From Gekko japonicus (lineage: Eukaryota): DNA of 64,000 nucleotides. The notes below the pieces were generated by a model. The model was not told where the DNA came from. It saw nothing but the letters and a program-made list of their open reading frames with translations, and made no database searches. The translations under genes and the position numbers were made by a program. This document shows, in pieces, positions 49,101 through 57,869 of this stretch. The stretch lies in contig NW_015172563.1 in the NCBI RefSeq assembly GCF_001447785.1, positions 800,150 through 864,149 of the forward strand. Reading direction: 5' to 3'. Numbering within the stretch: the first letter of the stretch is position 1; the number at the start of each line of letters is the position of its first letter.

Positions 49101-51730
49101 ATTAATGGGGTGGATCAAACCCCTATCTTACCAATCCACCAAGCAAAACCTGAAGAGCCACTTAAATTGGAGGAAAGCTCCTGGGGGATAGTTGGATCTA
49201 CCCCAATATCTAACACTTGGTTAGCACCTCACCTGGCTACTTTTGCCAGTTTTGGAATGGTCTGCCAGATTTTATAGAAATATATCGACCAGAATTGAGG
49301 GGGGCTGACAACAGAATTAGCCACTCTGAATGATCATTATGCCGATCAGATCCCGTCTTTTTTTAAAAAATTATTGCTTGGAATTACTGCTGGCTTGTCC
49401 ACCTGCGCCTCCCCCCCCACACACACTCTGATTGTTCTTAACCTCTTCCCCTTGTTCTGCTTCAAGAGTTATATGGCCTTCTGCTATTAATCTACTTTTT
49501 CACTCCCCTCATTCAATTGCTCTAATGTTTTGGATTCAGTATAAATGTTATGCCAATGAAATAAACTTTACCATTATAATTCAAATTCCTACTTTCTATC
49601 ATATCTCTGTCAGGTATAGCTACCTTGTTTTATCAGTACTACCTCAAGTTTCATAAGAATAAAATTACTTTCCTTTTGATGAATCATTCTCCCCTTAGTC
49701 TATTTAAGAAGTATCTATCCAGATTCACACTCCACAGTAATATTCTCTACTGTCCCTTCCCTGGCTCAAATTTAAATCACTTTCCATGGTGCTCAGAATT
49801 TTGTTATATTTTTCACCCCTTGGCTTCTCTTTAGGCTCCAGTCTAGGGTCTTCACTCACTCTATTATTTTATTAACTCAGGTGGGTAGCCATGTTGGTCT
49901 AAAGCAGCAGAACAAAGTTGGAGTCCAGTGGCATCTTTAAGACCAACCAAATTTTATTCAAAGTATCAGCTTTCCTGTGCACACACACTTCTATGAAATG
50001 GAAATTATCAATCCATACATATAGGTAGAGGGTGAACAGAAAATTAGCATACAGCATAACAAAGATGTTTAACAGATTCAAGGATCAAACAGGAATAATA
50101 AGCTTAGTTTATATGGTTACCATTTGTTTGGGTTCAATTCCGGGGGGAAACATAGTGAAGGAAATAAATATGTCAAAATCGCTGTATGCAAATTTACTGC
50201 TCACCCTCCACCTATATGTATGGTAATTTCTGATCTTTTATTAAGTTTACTACATTGAGATTTTATTACTGTTTTTTATTTTTAGTGCCTTTTAAAGCAT
50301 GTGGTGTGATATAAACAGAAATTTAAAGAGATTTCCTTTTTCTATCAAACATCTGTTATTTTGTTCTTGTTCTTCTTAGCCTTGAAATGATCTTTTGATT
50401 CTTTCCCAGTCCTTTCAGCCCTTATCTAGCTGAAGAACTGATTAACCCCTTAAAGCAAGGGCCTGTATAAGTTATTTTACCTCTGGAGATAGTTCTAGGT
50501 GAAATGTACATAGTACATAGTCATAATCATGTTTCACAGAAACTACTCACTTCCTTCTCAGGGTATAAGAGGTCAAAGAGCTTCATAACAGGGAGGAAGT
50601 CAGCCAGTGCATTTTTCTGTATGCTGCCGGAGATGAACTGCAGTAAAACCCACATCAGATGGTCTCTGCCTTTGATTAGGCCTCGTCCTGCCAACTGTAA
50701 GACACATTAATGAGCAAGGCCACATTCTAAAAATAACAACTTCCTCCCAAAAACATCACTGAGAATCCATTCTAATTTTCTAAAAATTCTACACTCTCAT
50801 ACCTGGTAAATTAAAATGTTTTTTAGTTGCTGTAGATTTTCCGGGTTGTGTGGCCATGGTCTTGGCATTGTAGAACCACACAACCCGGGAAATCTACAGC
50901 AACTAATGAACTCCGGCTGAGAAAGTCTTCGACAACATAAAATGTTTTTGTTTCCCATAAGATGTCATGGGATATTGACTTGCATTTGCATAAGTGTGTT
51001 AGTATTTCCACAATAGAAGCAGAAATCTGAGACATGAAAAAAAATGTGACTACTATGGGTGGGTCAACAAATATTAGTAACTCAAGCATCAAAATCTGGA
51101 AGGTGTTTCCTTCCTTTAAGGACTGGAGCCAAAACACACAGATTTAAAATGTCATCTGGAAAGAGAAGTCACCATCAAATATTGGCTGTCAAAGTAGGGC
51201 AGAGCACAATAGCTGCTTGAAAAGAGCACTGCATAGTCATAATGTGTTACAACATACTACTATCTATTATTACCTCCGCAAGTAGGGCCACACAGCAAAT
51301 TTTCTACAGCATGTGTTGCCCCTCTTAATTGCTTCCCTCGCACTCACTACTAAGCTTAATTTAAATAACCTTCTACACGTCTTTGTGTGCTCCGAATCTC
51401 CACACACTGGAACACAAAACTGAGGTTGGTTCAAGGCTGGGAGGAAGGAATGTGTGGGCCTTTACTGTGGAGTAAATTCCAAATGATATATTATAATACC
51501 CTGATTTTTATATGTGGCAGGTAATCTACCTTTTGATGAAGAGACAGGACCATGTGAGGGAAGCTTGCAAACTGAAAAAGTACAAAGAAGATAAGCTGGC
51601 TGGAAAGATGCTGCCATAACAACTGGCTGGTTCCCCCATCGTCAAACTTCTCCTCAGTCTCTGAACGCTCCATGGCATATACCACGAGATCCACCAACTG
51701 GTCTTCCAGCACAGGGCATCGTTGTTTGTG
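22006..51730 (-). CDS. MED23: Mediator complex subunit 23, 3' 19 coding exons (5'-partial; 3228 nt including stop, 1075 aa)
   Basis: Exon translations match vertebrate MED23 from HKQRCPVLEDQLV to ...QVPVNVALPVSQ*. All junction phases are compatible; 17 GT-AG introns plus one AT-AC intron. Confidence 0.98.
23018..23381 (+). mobile_element. BovB/RTE LINE 3' end
   Basis: SNQSILKEIN...SLEKTLMLGKIEG.RRRG.QRMRWLD; (CAA)n tail; AGGGACAG flanking repeat. Confidence 0.88.
23766..23897 (-). CDS. MED23: MED23 exon (IGVAFYEM...GDSVKDQ)
   Basis: 132 nt, TAG / GTAAGT. Confidence 0.95.
23995..24200 (+). mobile_element. Sauria-SINE-like fragment followed by a Squam3-like tail
   Basis: agtcatgccggccacatgacc...ttggcttggaaacggagatgagcacc; then a tail matching 2676-2750. 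Confidence 0.6.
25077..25197 (-). CDS. MED23: MED23 exon (FLTEVLIPIVK...RTRCMLE)
   Basis: 121 nt, CAG / GTAGGT. Confidence 0.95.
25795..26012. mobile_element. hAT MITE with TAGGGTTGCCA-type TIR
   Basis: TIRs plus 8-bp TSD CTTTC(C/T)CC. Confidence 0.8.
26123..26660. mobile_element. Two tandem partial copies of the same MITE family
   Basis: Direct repeat gccaactccaggt.ggaaattcctggagatttga... at ~26123 and ~26398. Confidence 0.7.
26985..27199 (-). CDS. MED23: MED23 exon (EPYWIVLHE...QLSLIP)
   Basis: 215 nt, CAG / GTATGT. Confidence 0.96.
27615..27725 (+). mobile_element. CR1 3' UTR fragment
   Basis: Similar to the 3' UTR of the other CR1 copies (ctggccccactggtgga...gccactgtgtgacac). Confidence 0.7.
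28432..28479. repeat. 23-bp tandem duplication spanning a MED23 splice donor
   Basis: AGAATCAAGGCAACTTACAGGCA twice. Confidence 0.95.
28473..28545 (-). CDS. MED23: MED23 exon (QPLVPRDNIT...IITALP)
   Basis: 73 nt, CAG / GTAAGT (donor tandemly duplicated). Confidence 0.94.
28662..28821 (-). CDS. MED23: MED23 exon (MAGKSPFPNCDW...LNVVLK)
   Basis: 160 nt, AC acceptor, GTAGGT donor. Confidence 0.94.
28822..30666 (-). other. U12-type (minor spliceosome) AT-AC intron of MED23
   Basis: 5' end ATATCCTTT; branch-site-like TACCTTAAT 10 nt before the terminal AC; joining gives GAT A|CG ATG = D-T-M, as in MED23. Confidence 0.93.
28956..30207 (+). mobile_element. CR1 LINE, 5'-truncated young copy
   Basis: Open RT C-terminal ORF 29032-29982 (GVPQGSVLGP, KFADDTKL, RPHLEYC); (TTCTTATG)n tail. 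Confidence 0.95.
30667..30903 (-). CDS. MED23: MED23 exon (RPVTYLYNT...IARLVD), followed by a U12 donor
   Basis: 237 nt, CAG acceptor, ATATCCTTT donor. Confidence 0.94.
31041..32119 (-). mobile_element. Non-autonomous Helitron with internal ~140-bp tandem repeats
   Basis: Minus strand A|TCTATATATATAAAAG...GCGAAGCACAGGT (decayed hairpin)...CTAG|T; no TSD; about four imperfect repeats in 31250-31790. Confidence 0.78.
32728..33219. mobile_element. MITE-like element with ~150-bp imperfect terminal inverted repeats
   Basis: gggcatctaaccttaag...aagcacttc...gacatagag is mirrored by ctctatgtc...gaagtgttt...cttaaggttagatgccc. Confidence 0.7.
33417..33633 (-). CDS. MED23: MED23 exon (KYPEKLYFEG...GLYKFH)
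   Basis: 217 nt, CAG / GTGAGT. Confidence 0.95.
34469..34639 (-). CDS. MED23: MED23 exon (AMRSHEGNEAQ...HMTYHK)
   Basis: 171 nt, CAG / GTACTT. Confidence 0.95.
35390..35570 (-). CDS. MED23: MED23 exon (VLERIGARA...RLILCL)
   Basis: 181 nt, TAG / GTAAGG. Confidence 0.96.
36104..36309 (-). CDS. MED23: MED23 exon (AFFKQNNV...INQIGY)
   Basis: 206 nt, CAG / GTAAGT. Confidence 0.96.
36493..36848. mobile_element. hAT MITE, palindromic
   Basis: TAGGGTTGC...GGCAAGTCTA; perfect 8-bp TSD GGTTTACC; internal inverted symmetry. Confidence 0.8.
37083..37207 (-). CDS. MED23: MED23 exon (FFTGSDSIQG...CFPAPLQ)
   Basis: 125 nt, CAG / GTAATT. Confidence 0.95.
37468..38952 (+). mobile_element. Related non-autonomous retroposon, copy D (decayed or different ORF)
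   Basis: Perfect 19-bp TSD CACAATGCCTTTACTGAAA (37449-37467 / 38953-38971); CpG-rich 5' end with GATGGCGGC; 3' end AATAAAAAATCCCTTACAGGGGGCCATTAAAAAAA resembles that of copy A. Confidence 0.75.
39764..41599 (-). mobile_element. ORF1-only L1-like retroposon (HAL1-like), copy B
   Basis: Starts GGACTTCCGGTTT; frameshifted ORF1 40985->40010; AATAAA at 39784-39789; imperfect TSD TCAAT(G/A)ACT. Confidence 0.8.
41711..41874 (-). CDS. MED23: MED23 exon (VESTALRL...ARATHVT)
   Basis: 164 nt, CAG / GTAACA. Confidence 0.96.
42974..43148 (-). CDS. MED23: MED23 exon (QLLPTVFKSHAW...NQLHL)
   Basis: 175 nt, TAG / GTAAGT. Confidence 0.95.
43870..44012 (-). CDS. MED23: MED23 exon (LIHSIATRV...GIKGFI)
   Basis: 143 nt, CAG / GTAAGA. 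Confidence 0.95.
44140..44385 (-). CDS. MED23: MED23 exon (FLQQSLRNK...TVHAKM)
   Basis: 246 nt, CAG / GTACGG. Confidence 0.96.
46083..46228 (-). CDS. MED23: MED23 exon (CIPVPDINK...LKLHHE)
   Basis: 146 nt, CAG / GTAAGT. Confidence 0.96.
46462..47545 (-). mobile_element. CR1 LINE, 5'-truncated young copy
   Basis: ORF 46676-47560 nearly identical to the 29-kb copy; same tail; AAGTGTCA repeated at both junctions. Confidence 0.95.
48821..48857. other. Assembly gap
   Basis: N run. Confidence 1.
49880..50225. repeat. Penelope-like remnant with an inverted duplication
   Basis: gtagccatgttggtct...gagtccagtggcatctttaagaccaac (reverse copy at 57730-57850); inverted arms at 50013-50055 and 50181-50223. 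Confidence 0.5.
50551..50694 (-). CDS. MED23: MED23 exon (LAGRGLIKG...LYPEKE)
   Basis: 144 nt, CAG acceptor, GTGAGT donor. Confidence 0.96.
50823..50935. repeat. Short hairpin-forming Penelope-like remnant
   Basis: gttgctgtagattttccgggttgtgtgg ... ccacacaacccgggaaatctacagcaac. Confidence 0.5.
51530..51730 (-). CDS. MED23: MED23 exon (HKQRCPV...VLSLHQK)
   Basis: 201 nt, AG/GT flanks, phase 0/0. Confidence 0.96.
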
Positions 51731-54700
51731 CTGCAAAGCAGAAGTCAGATACAGTATTCCAAAGACTAGCAACGAGTGTCTTTAATTATATTCATTTCAG
51801 TATGGTTTCTTTGACAGAAGCTTGGGAAGCATGAAATGAAGTCTAAACATAAAGGTTTACAAGGTAAGCTAAGACATTAAAACTGTGTTATGTTACAGGT
51901 CACAGTATATGTATTTATATATTTTAAATTTCATAGCCTTTAGAAGAGACACAGCTGTGAGGAATTATAGTTCATTAAGCATATACTTTACCCTCATCTC
52001 AGCATTCATAGAATATCTAAAAAGACTACATTTTAGAAAGGTCTGTTTGCATACCTAATGTTTTAAGGCTAATATACCTATGGACTTGGATTTGAGAAAT
52101 GATTTTGCAATTAATGGGCTTCAGATAGATCATCTCCAGATGCTTTGGCAGCTCAGGTACAAAAAGGCATTCCGTGGGAACCCTGACTCCCACTTTTGGG
52201 CTACCGCTCATCAGTTAACACACCTTCCTTGGTTTGCAATGTTTACCAATTAGGAAACTGGTGGCTCCCCTTAATTTCACTCTTCATCTAGCCAGACTAT
52301 GTCATGTGTGTAGTTCCTCTGTACTTTGGCTATGGATATCTGAGCCATTTCTGAACGTGCCATTTTAAGATATGGTTTCAGAGTTTTCCATGGTATATCT
52401 GTAACATAACACAGCCTTAATAGAAAGAAAAGGTATTATTTTCAAAAGACAGACACAGAAAAGGAACTGAGCTGCTCAGAATCTAACCATGAAAATGCTG
52501 GGTCCCTTTCTAGAGGCAAAAAAGGGGATTTGTTGTTTTTTTTAAAAAAAGCAAAATTTGCCAAGATACCCAAATATGATTTCAATATATTTTTGTGCTC
52601 CTCTTAACAAATGGCAGGCAAACTAAAAAGCCCCTTTGAATTGCCAAAAAGGAAAAAGAAGATTGCAGAAAGGAGATACATATTCTAACCTCAACCAACG
52701 TGGGTTGCTTTTTGCCATGAAAAAGGGATTATGTTTCTAAATTAACAATACAATGCAAGAATGGCAAAACTCTGGACAAACTCTAAGAACAGCACTCCCT
52801 CTTTCACATGCTCTTTGCCAGCTCAAAACTGCCAAGCTATAAATCTAGCTGTGCTTTCTTGAAGCATGCTTAAAACAGAAGACTTCTAACCAAAAGGAAA
52901 GCATTAGTTGCTTTTGACCCTCTCTGTCAAAAATACAATGCCGTTATCACAGATCAACCACATTACAGATTTACAAAGAGCAATATTAACACCACCAGTT
53001 GAGAATACTTTTTTCCAAATGCAACTAATTATGAAGCAGAGCAGAATGCAACAGACAACACTACAAACTATTTCATGATCCAGCATGCAAAACTACAGTG
53101 TACAGGGCTTGAAATTCACTATGATTTGATAGGCAGAGGGCAACTCTCCAAGTCCCCAACAATGCAAAGCTATATCAGTTTTAAATCAAGTTATATAGAA
53201 GGACAGTTAATGTAAATATCAGAGAGATGGTATTTCTAATGAAAAAGAAAATTAAACTTGTTCTTAAAATTTTAACAGTTATGGACTATAAAAACATTCT
53301 TGGCTTTTGAAGCACTCTAGCCTGACCAGGAAATGGGAATCAGAAACAGGAAATGTAAGTAGGAGCAGGCCAAATTCTCAGTTTTTCTCAGCAAAATCTA
53401 CAGGACAAAATATAAAGCCGGTCAAAACTGCAAGATTGGTAGAGCAACATACTCACTACACAACAACTATGGTTACTGCGAGCAGATTTAACACTGGTGT
53501 GTGAGACAGCCCCCCACTGCTCAGATACCTCCCCCTCCCCTGTAATGGGTTCTTCCTTATCTGACGCTGAACTGCCAAGTATCAAGGCTGGGTTCATGTA
53601 TTATGCTGAATGCAGTGATGACACTATAATTTCTATAAAATAAGTGAAAGCTTCCACTAACTCCTATGAGGGAAAATAAATAAAAGACTGCACTTGGGGA
53701 GAACACTGTACTGGTGGCAGCACCCCCCCCAAAAAAAAAAACACACACACCCCAACACCCCACAGAGACGCACTTTGAGCAGCCCAACATCCATGCAAGT
53801 ATAATATGCCTTCTGGAGCAGAACACTTGCCCCATCTTTTATAATTATACACATTAGAGTAGGGTTTTTTTTAAAAAGGGGGCTATATGACAATAGTTTC
53901 TAAAGTGACTATCAGTATAATCATAAGCTGGTCTACTTAGAATCCTACTTAAATCTACTCAGTGGGGCTTACTTCTAAGCAAAGTGTTCTTAGGACTGCA
54001 CTGTAAATCAATGAAGTTTCAAAATTATATGTACAGAAAGCTGAAAAGGTAAAGTCTTCACAAGGCAGTATAATTTCACCCAAGGAGCATCTAATAATTA
54101 TGGAAGCAAATAGCATATACTAACGTTCTTGCCATTTTCTATAGCACCAATCTGTCTAGAGAAAGCTAGCTGCCATATACTTAATTCTATAACTCAATTC
54201 ACGTGGCGCTATGAAGGGCAAAATCAACAAACTGCTGCAGTGTTTACACAACTGTCTTGCATGGCTCTGGCCTGCTTTCCTATATTGCATGACAGATCTT
54301 GGAAGAATAATGTGACCTGAACAGCCCATGAGCAGCGGCACTGATACCAACTTACAAATGGCTATGGTCCCAGAAGTACAACACACTGAAGAAGAAAAAA
54401 TCTACCAGGGACATATTTCCTATATATCACAGAGAAACGACCTGCGAAATACGTCAAGGAGAAACCAATGGACTGATTGTTTACTGAGACAGAGAGGAAT
54501 TCACCAGCTCATAACTGTATCAATCAGTACAGCGGTTTTTGCTAACAATTGAGATAGCTCAGCTGCTTCTACATTTGGTTGCCTGAACCAATATTACAGT
54601 ATTATTACTGCAGGATCCATCACAGAACGTAACAAGAAAGAAAAAGTAAAGCTAGCAACTGACAAAGTTATGCCCACAGCTGTAAGTATGTTGCATTTCT

Positions 54701-54764
54701 ATAGGAGTGCAGGAAAACCAGAGAAAGTGACGTTGGTGCAGAACTTGGCTTCCATTTATAATTT

Positions 54765-54765
<1 letters not shown>

Positions 54766-54822
<57 letters not shown>
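54766..54822. repeat. (TA)n(CA)n microsatellite
   Basis: Seen directly; lies inside the TSD of copy C. Confidence 0.95.
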
Positions 54823-54825
<3 letters not shown>

Positions 54826-55084
54826 CTAAAAAGGAGAGAATTTTATTGCTTTTAATTTTCAGAAAAAAAGGGGGGTATATAGTGGGGTTAAGAAAAGAGT
54901 GAGTGATGCTCATATTAGTATGTTAATCTTTTGTTAGTAGTAATCATATCTTCTTTGGCTTCTTCCGTGAGTTGATCAATCGTCTTTCATCTTAACCAGT
55001 AAAAAATAAAAATGTTAATGTGTTAATAGTGTCCTCTTGGTTTATTGTTAATAAAGTCTTTTTATGCGCTTTCTGAACCAATCT

Positions 55085-56047
55085 TCATGTTCTGGGCTGT
55101 CTTCCTTTTACATCTCTCAGATTGTAAGATGGACCCTTCGCTGCTCCTTCATCTTCTGGATTCTTGTCTCCCTTCTCTGAGCCGCTGTCTTCTTCGTTGC
55201 TAAGTACTTCCCCTTTAGCGAGTGCTGCTTCCTCTGGACTGGCGTGTCTCTTCAAAAAGTCTTGAGCTTTGAAAATGGAGTCAATCTTTTCCCTTTTATC
55301 TTTAAACTTGAAGATAAGTCCTTCTGGAATCAACCATCTATAGCTAATTTGATGGTTTTGTAAGAACAAGGTCAGTCCTTTATAGGCCTTCCGCTTCATC
55401 CGAATTTCAAATGGAACATCTTTTAAGATTCTAACTGTCTGCTCTTCAATCTTCAAAGGCATTGATGAAGACGCTCTTAAGATTTGATCTCTGATCCTCT
55501 GCTTAGTAAACTTGACCACCACTTCTGCCGGCAAATTATTCATCTTTGTAAAATTGGAGAAGGCTCTGTACACCACATCCATCTCCTTGCTTAATTTATC
55601 CGCTTCCCAGCTGGTAAGTAATGCCAAAGCCTTTGCTAGCATACTTCTGAGATCTTCTTTTTCAATTTCTTTTATGCCTTGAAATCGGAGAGTTAAGTTT
55701 GTCTTTTCCATTTGAAGCATCAATAATTTTTTATCTTGCATTTCTTGATGTTTCTCAATTTTATTGACCACCTTCTTGACTTTTAGAGTCTCTTCCGTTG
55801 AAACCAGACATTTCTGCGCGATTTCCTCCATCTTCTTGGCTGTATCAGTCAACTGTCTCTGCTGGTTGCTGAGAACACTTTCCATGCTCGACAACGTTTG
55901 ATTTATTTTTTGCATTTGCTCCAGCAGAGGGCGCAGTATCTCGCTTTCCTGTTGATTGACAGCCGGCTCCACAAGGAGGGAGCCAGAACCGGAAGTTCCT
56001 CCCAGCTTCTTCGGCAGCTTCTCCGGGAACTTTTTTTGCCCCGACAT
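55085..56047 (-). CDS. Intact 320-aa L1 ORF1p-like RNA-binding protein (coiled coil, RRM, CTD)
   Basis: Heptad-like N-terminal half, then LRFQGIKE...MDVVYR...VVVKF...LKDVPFE...YRWLIPEG; homologous to the ORFs of copies A and B. Confidence 0.8.
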   Translation of the reverse strand: MSGQKKFPEKLPKKLGGTSGSGSLLVEPAVNQQESEILRPLLEQMQKINQTLSSMESVLSNQQRQLTDTAKKMEEIAQKCLVSTEETLKVKKVVNKIEKHQEMQDKKLLMLQMEKTNLTLRFQGIKEIEKEDLRSMLAKALALLTSWEADKLSKEMDVVYRAFSNFTKMNNLPAEVVVKFTKQRIRDQILRASSSMPLKIEEQTVRILKDVPFEIRMKRKAYKGLTLFLQNHQISYRWLIPEGLIFKFKDKREKIDSIFKAQDFLKRHASPEEAALAKGEVLSNEEDSGSEKGDKNPEDEGAAKGPSYNLRDVKGRQPRT

Positions 56048-57869
56048 CTTTGTTTTATTGTTTACTTTTAAAAGTTCATGCCGCGCAGCTTAAGAATGAG
56101 TCTTTCTGCCTCTCCTTAAACAATTCACCAAAAGGTAACACCACTCTTCCAAAATCTCACTCCCCCCTTCTTCTTTCTGGTAATACAATCTCAATTTGTT
56201 TGGGAGGGGGGCTCCCCCCTCCTCCCTTGCACTTTTTCGATAGGGGGGAATGCGCTTTATCTCTTTTCCCACTTTTCCGATCGTCAACTCACGGTTTCAG
56301 CCGTTCACTTTCTCTTTTAAATGTTCTTCCGCTTCATCACTCTGCGATGTCTGGCAGCTCTGCTAGTCCCTGTGCAGGGCACAAACACGGCAGGGCCATT
56401 GGGGCATGGGGCGAGCCTCAATTTCCGACCTTCGGGCCGGTAAAGAGGCACCTCCCCTGTGCGCCCCAGTTCGGAGCCTTACTCTAAGGCTCCTTAGGGT
56501 CTCCGCTTGTGCAGATTCCCCCCCTTAACCGCGCGTGGGCGAATCACCTCCGGGAGCATCCCAAAGTTGCGACCGCCATTCGCAGAGACCAAACCGGAAG
56601 CCGGCTTCCATTTATAATTTCTACCAGTTACGTAAGCTTGAGAGCATGTGGGCAATGCCTGCTAAAACCTGAATCTATAGAGGTGCTTGAATCAGATTTT
56701 CAGTGGTGATGCATGACTTTGGATTGGGTCCACGGCAGCATTTCCATGAGCCCAAGGACTTCCGCCTGCAGAACACAACTCTCTCACCTCCCCAACACTG
56801 CAAACCCAAATACATCCAGAAGCAAAGCCGAGTCAACATCCATACCTTTTTATGACTAGCAAACCCAGAATAAATTATGCAGAAAAATACATATTCAATT
56901 ATGCAAACTGAAAGAAATCTGCTCACAGAATCCTGCATTTCTAATAATAAAATTAGGACTAGGGATGGGCACGATTTGGACCACAAACCAAATTTTGTCA
57001 CAGACTGGGGTCTGGTCCATGGTTCATTTGCAGTAAGACACAGGGACGGGAAAACAAACCTGCCCCAAAAACTGGAATCAAGAACCAAAAGGGTGAGAAG
57101 AAAGTCTAATGAAGGGCCAATATTAAAAACCTAGTTAAAACTTATAATATATAAAAATACACGCATTTATTAGAAAGACAGTTAAAAACATACATAAGGG
57201 CCCAATGAAAGCCTTGTAAAAAAAGTGTAGCCTAAACACAAGGGCCAATAAACATGACCTGACACGTTTCTGCACTATTGGGGCCTTCTTCAGAGGTCAA
57301 ACAATATTGAGGTACATGTAACAATAATACATATTGCAATAAGATAACCAATAAGTGAATATTGGACTAAGAAGAGGAAGGTTAAGCAGCAAGAGCTAAA
57401 GACACATGACAAAGATGTTTGTGAGGCCTCAAAAGGTGAAAGTCATGTGTCTAGTGCCAAACGCACAGTTATTGAATTAGAACATCTTCCAATTTAGTTC
57501 CAAAAAGCACCTGTGTGGCTATCAAAGTCAGAGCTAGAGTGTCCTCAAGCAAACAGCTGGCAGCAGCTCCAAGGCCAGCAGAATAGAAAGGGGGAAGATC
57601 TGATATCTTCCTTCCCCTCCTTTCTGCTGGCAGCAGCTTCCCAAAGCCAGCAGAATGGAAGGGGAGGGAAGATCTGACCCCCCCTTCCTCTTTCTATATG
57701 TAATGCTTGAGGAAATTCTGTTTCACTGTATCTGAAGAAGTGTGCTTGCACACAAAGACTTATACCTTGAATAAAACTCTGCTGATCTTAAAGGTGCCAC
57801 TGGACTCAAACTTGGTTCTACTGTGTCAGACCAACACAGCTGCCTACCTGGATCTAGCATTAACTATGT

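Larger units (their letters stand above)
54766..56602 (-). mobile_element. ORF1-only L1-like retroposon (HAL1-like), copy C
   Basis: Perfect 19-bp TSD GGCTTCCATTTATAATTTC (54747-54765 / 56603-56621); CpG-rich 5' UTR; intact ORF1; AATAAA at 54842-54847; tail is (TG)n(TA)n. Confidence 0.9.

Noticed and set aside
48520-49565. Possible fifth ORF1-only element or L1 3' fragment around the gap
   Set aside because: The gap interrupts it, and no TSD or diagnostic ORF could be established.
53388-53597. Short ORF ending near a donor-like GAG|GTATCT
   Set aside because: No recognisable homology and no acceptor support.
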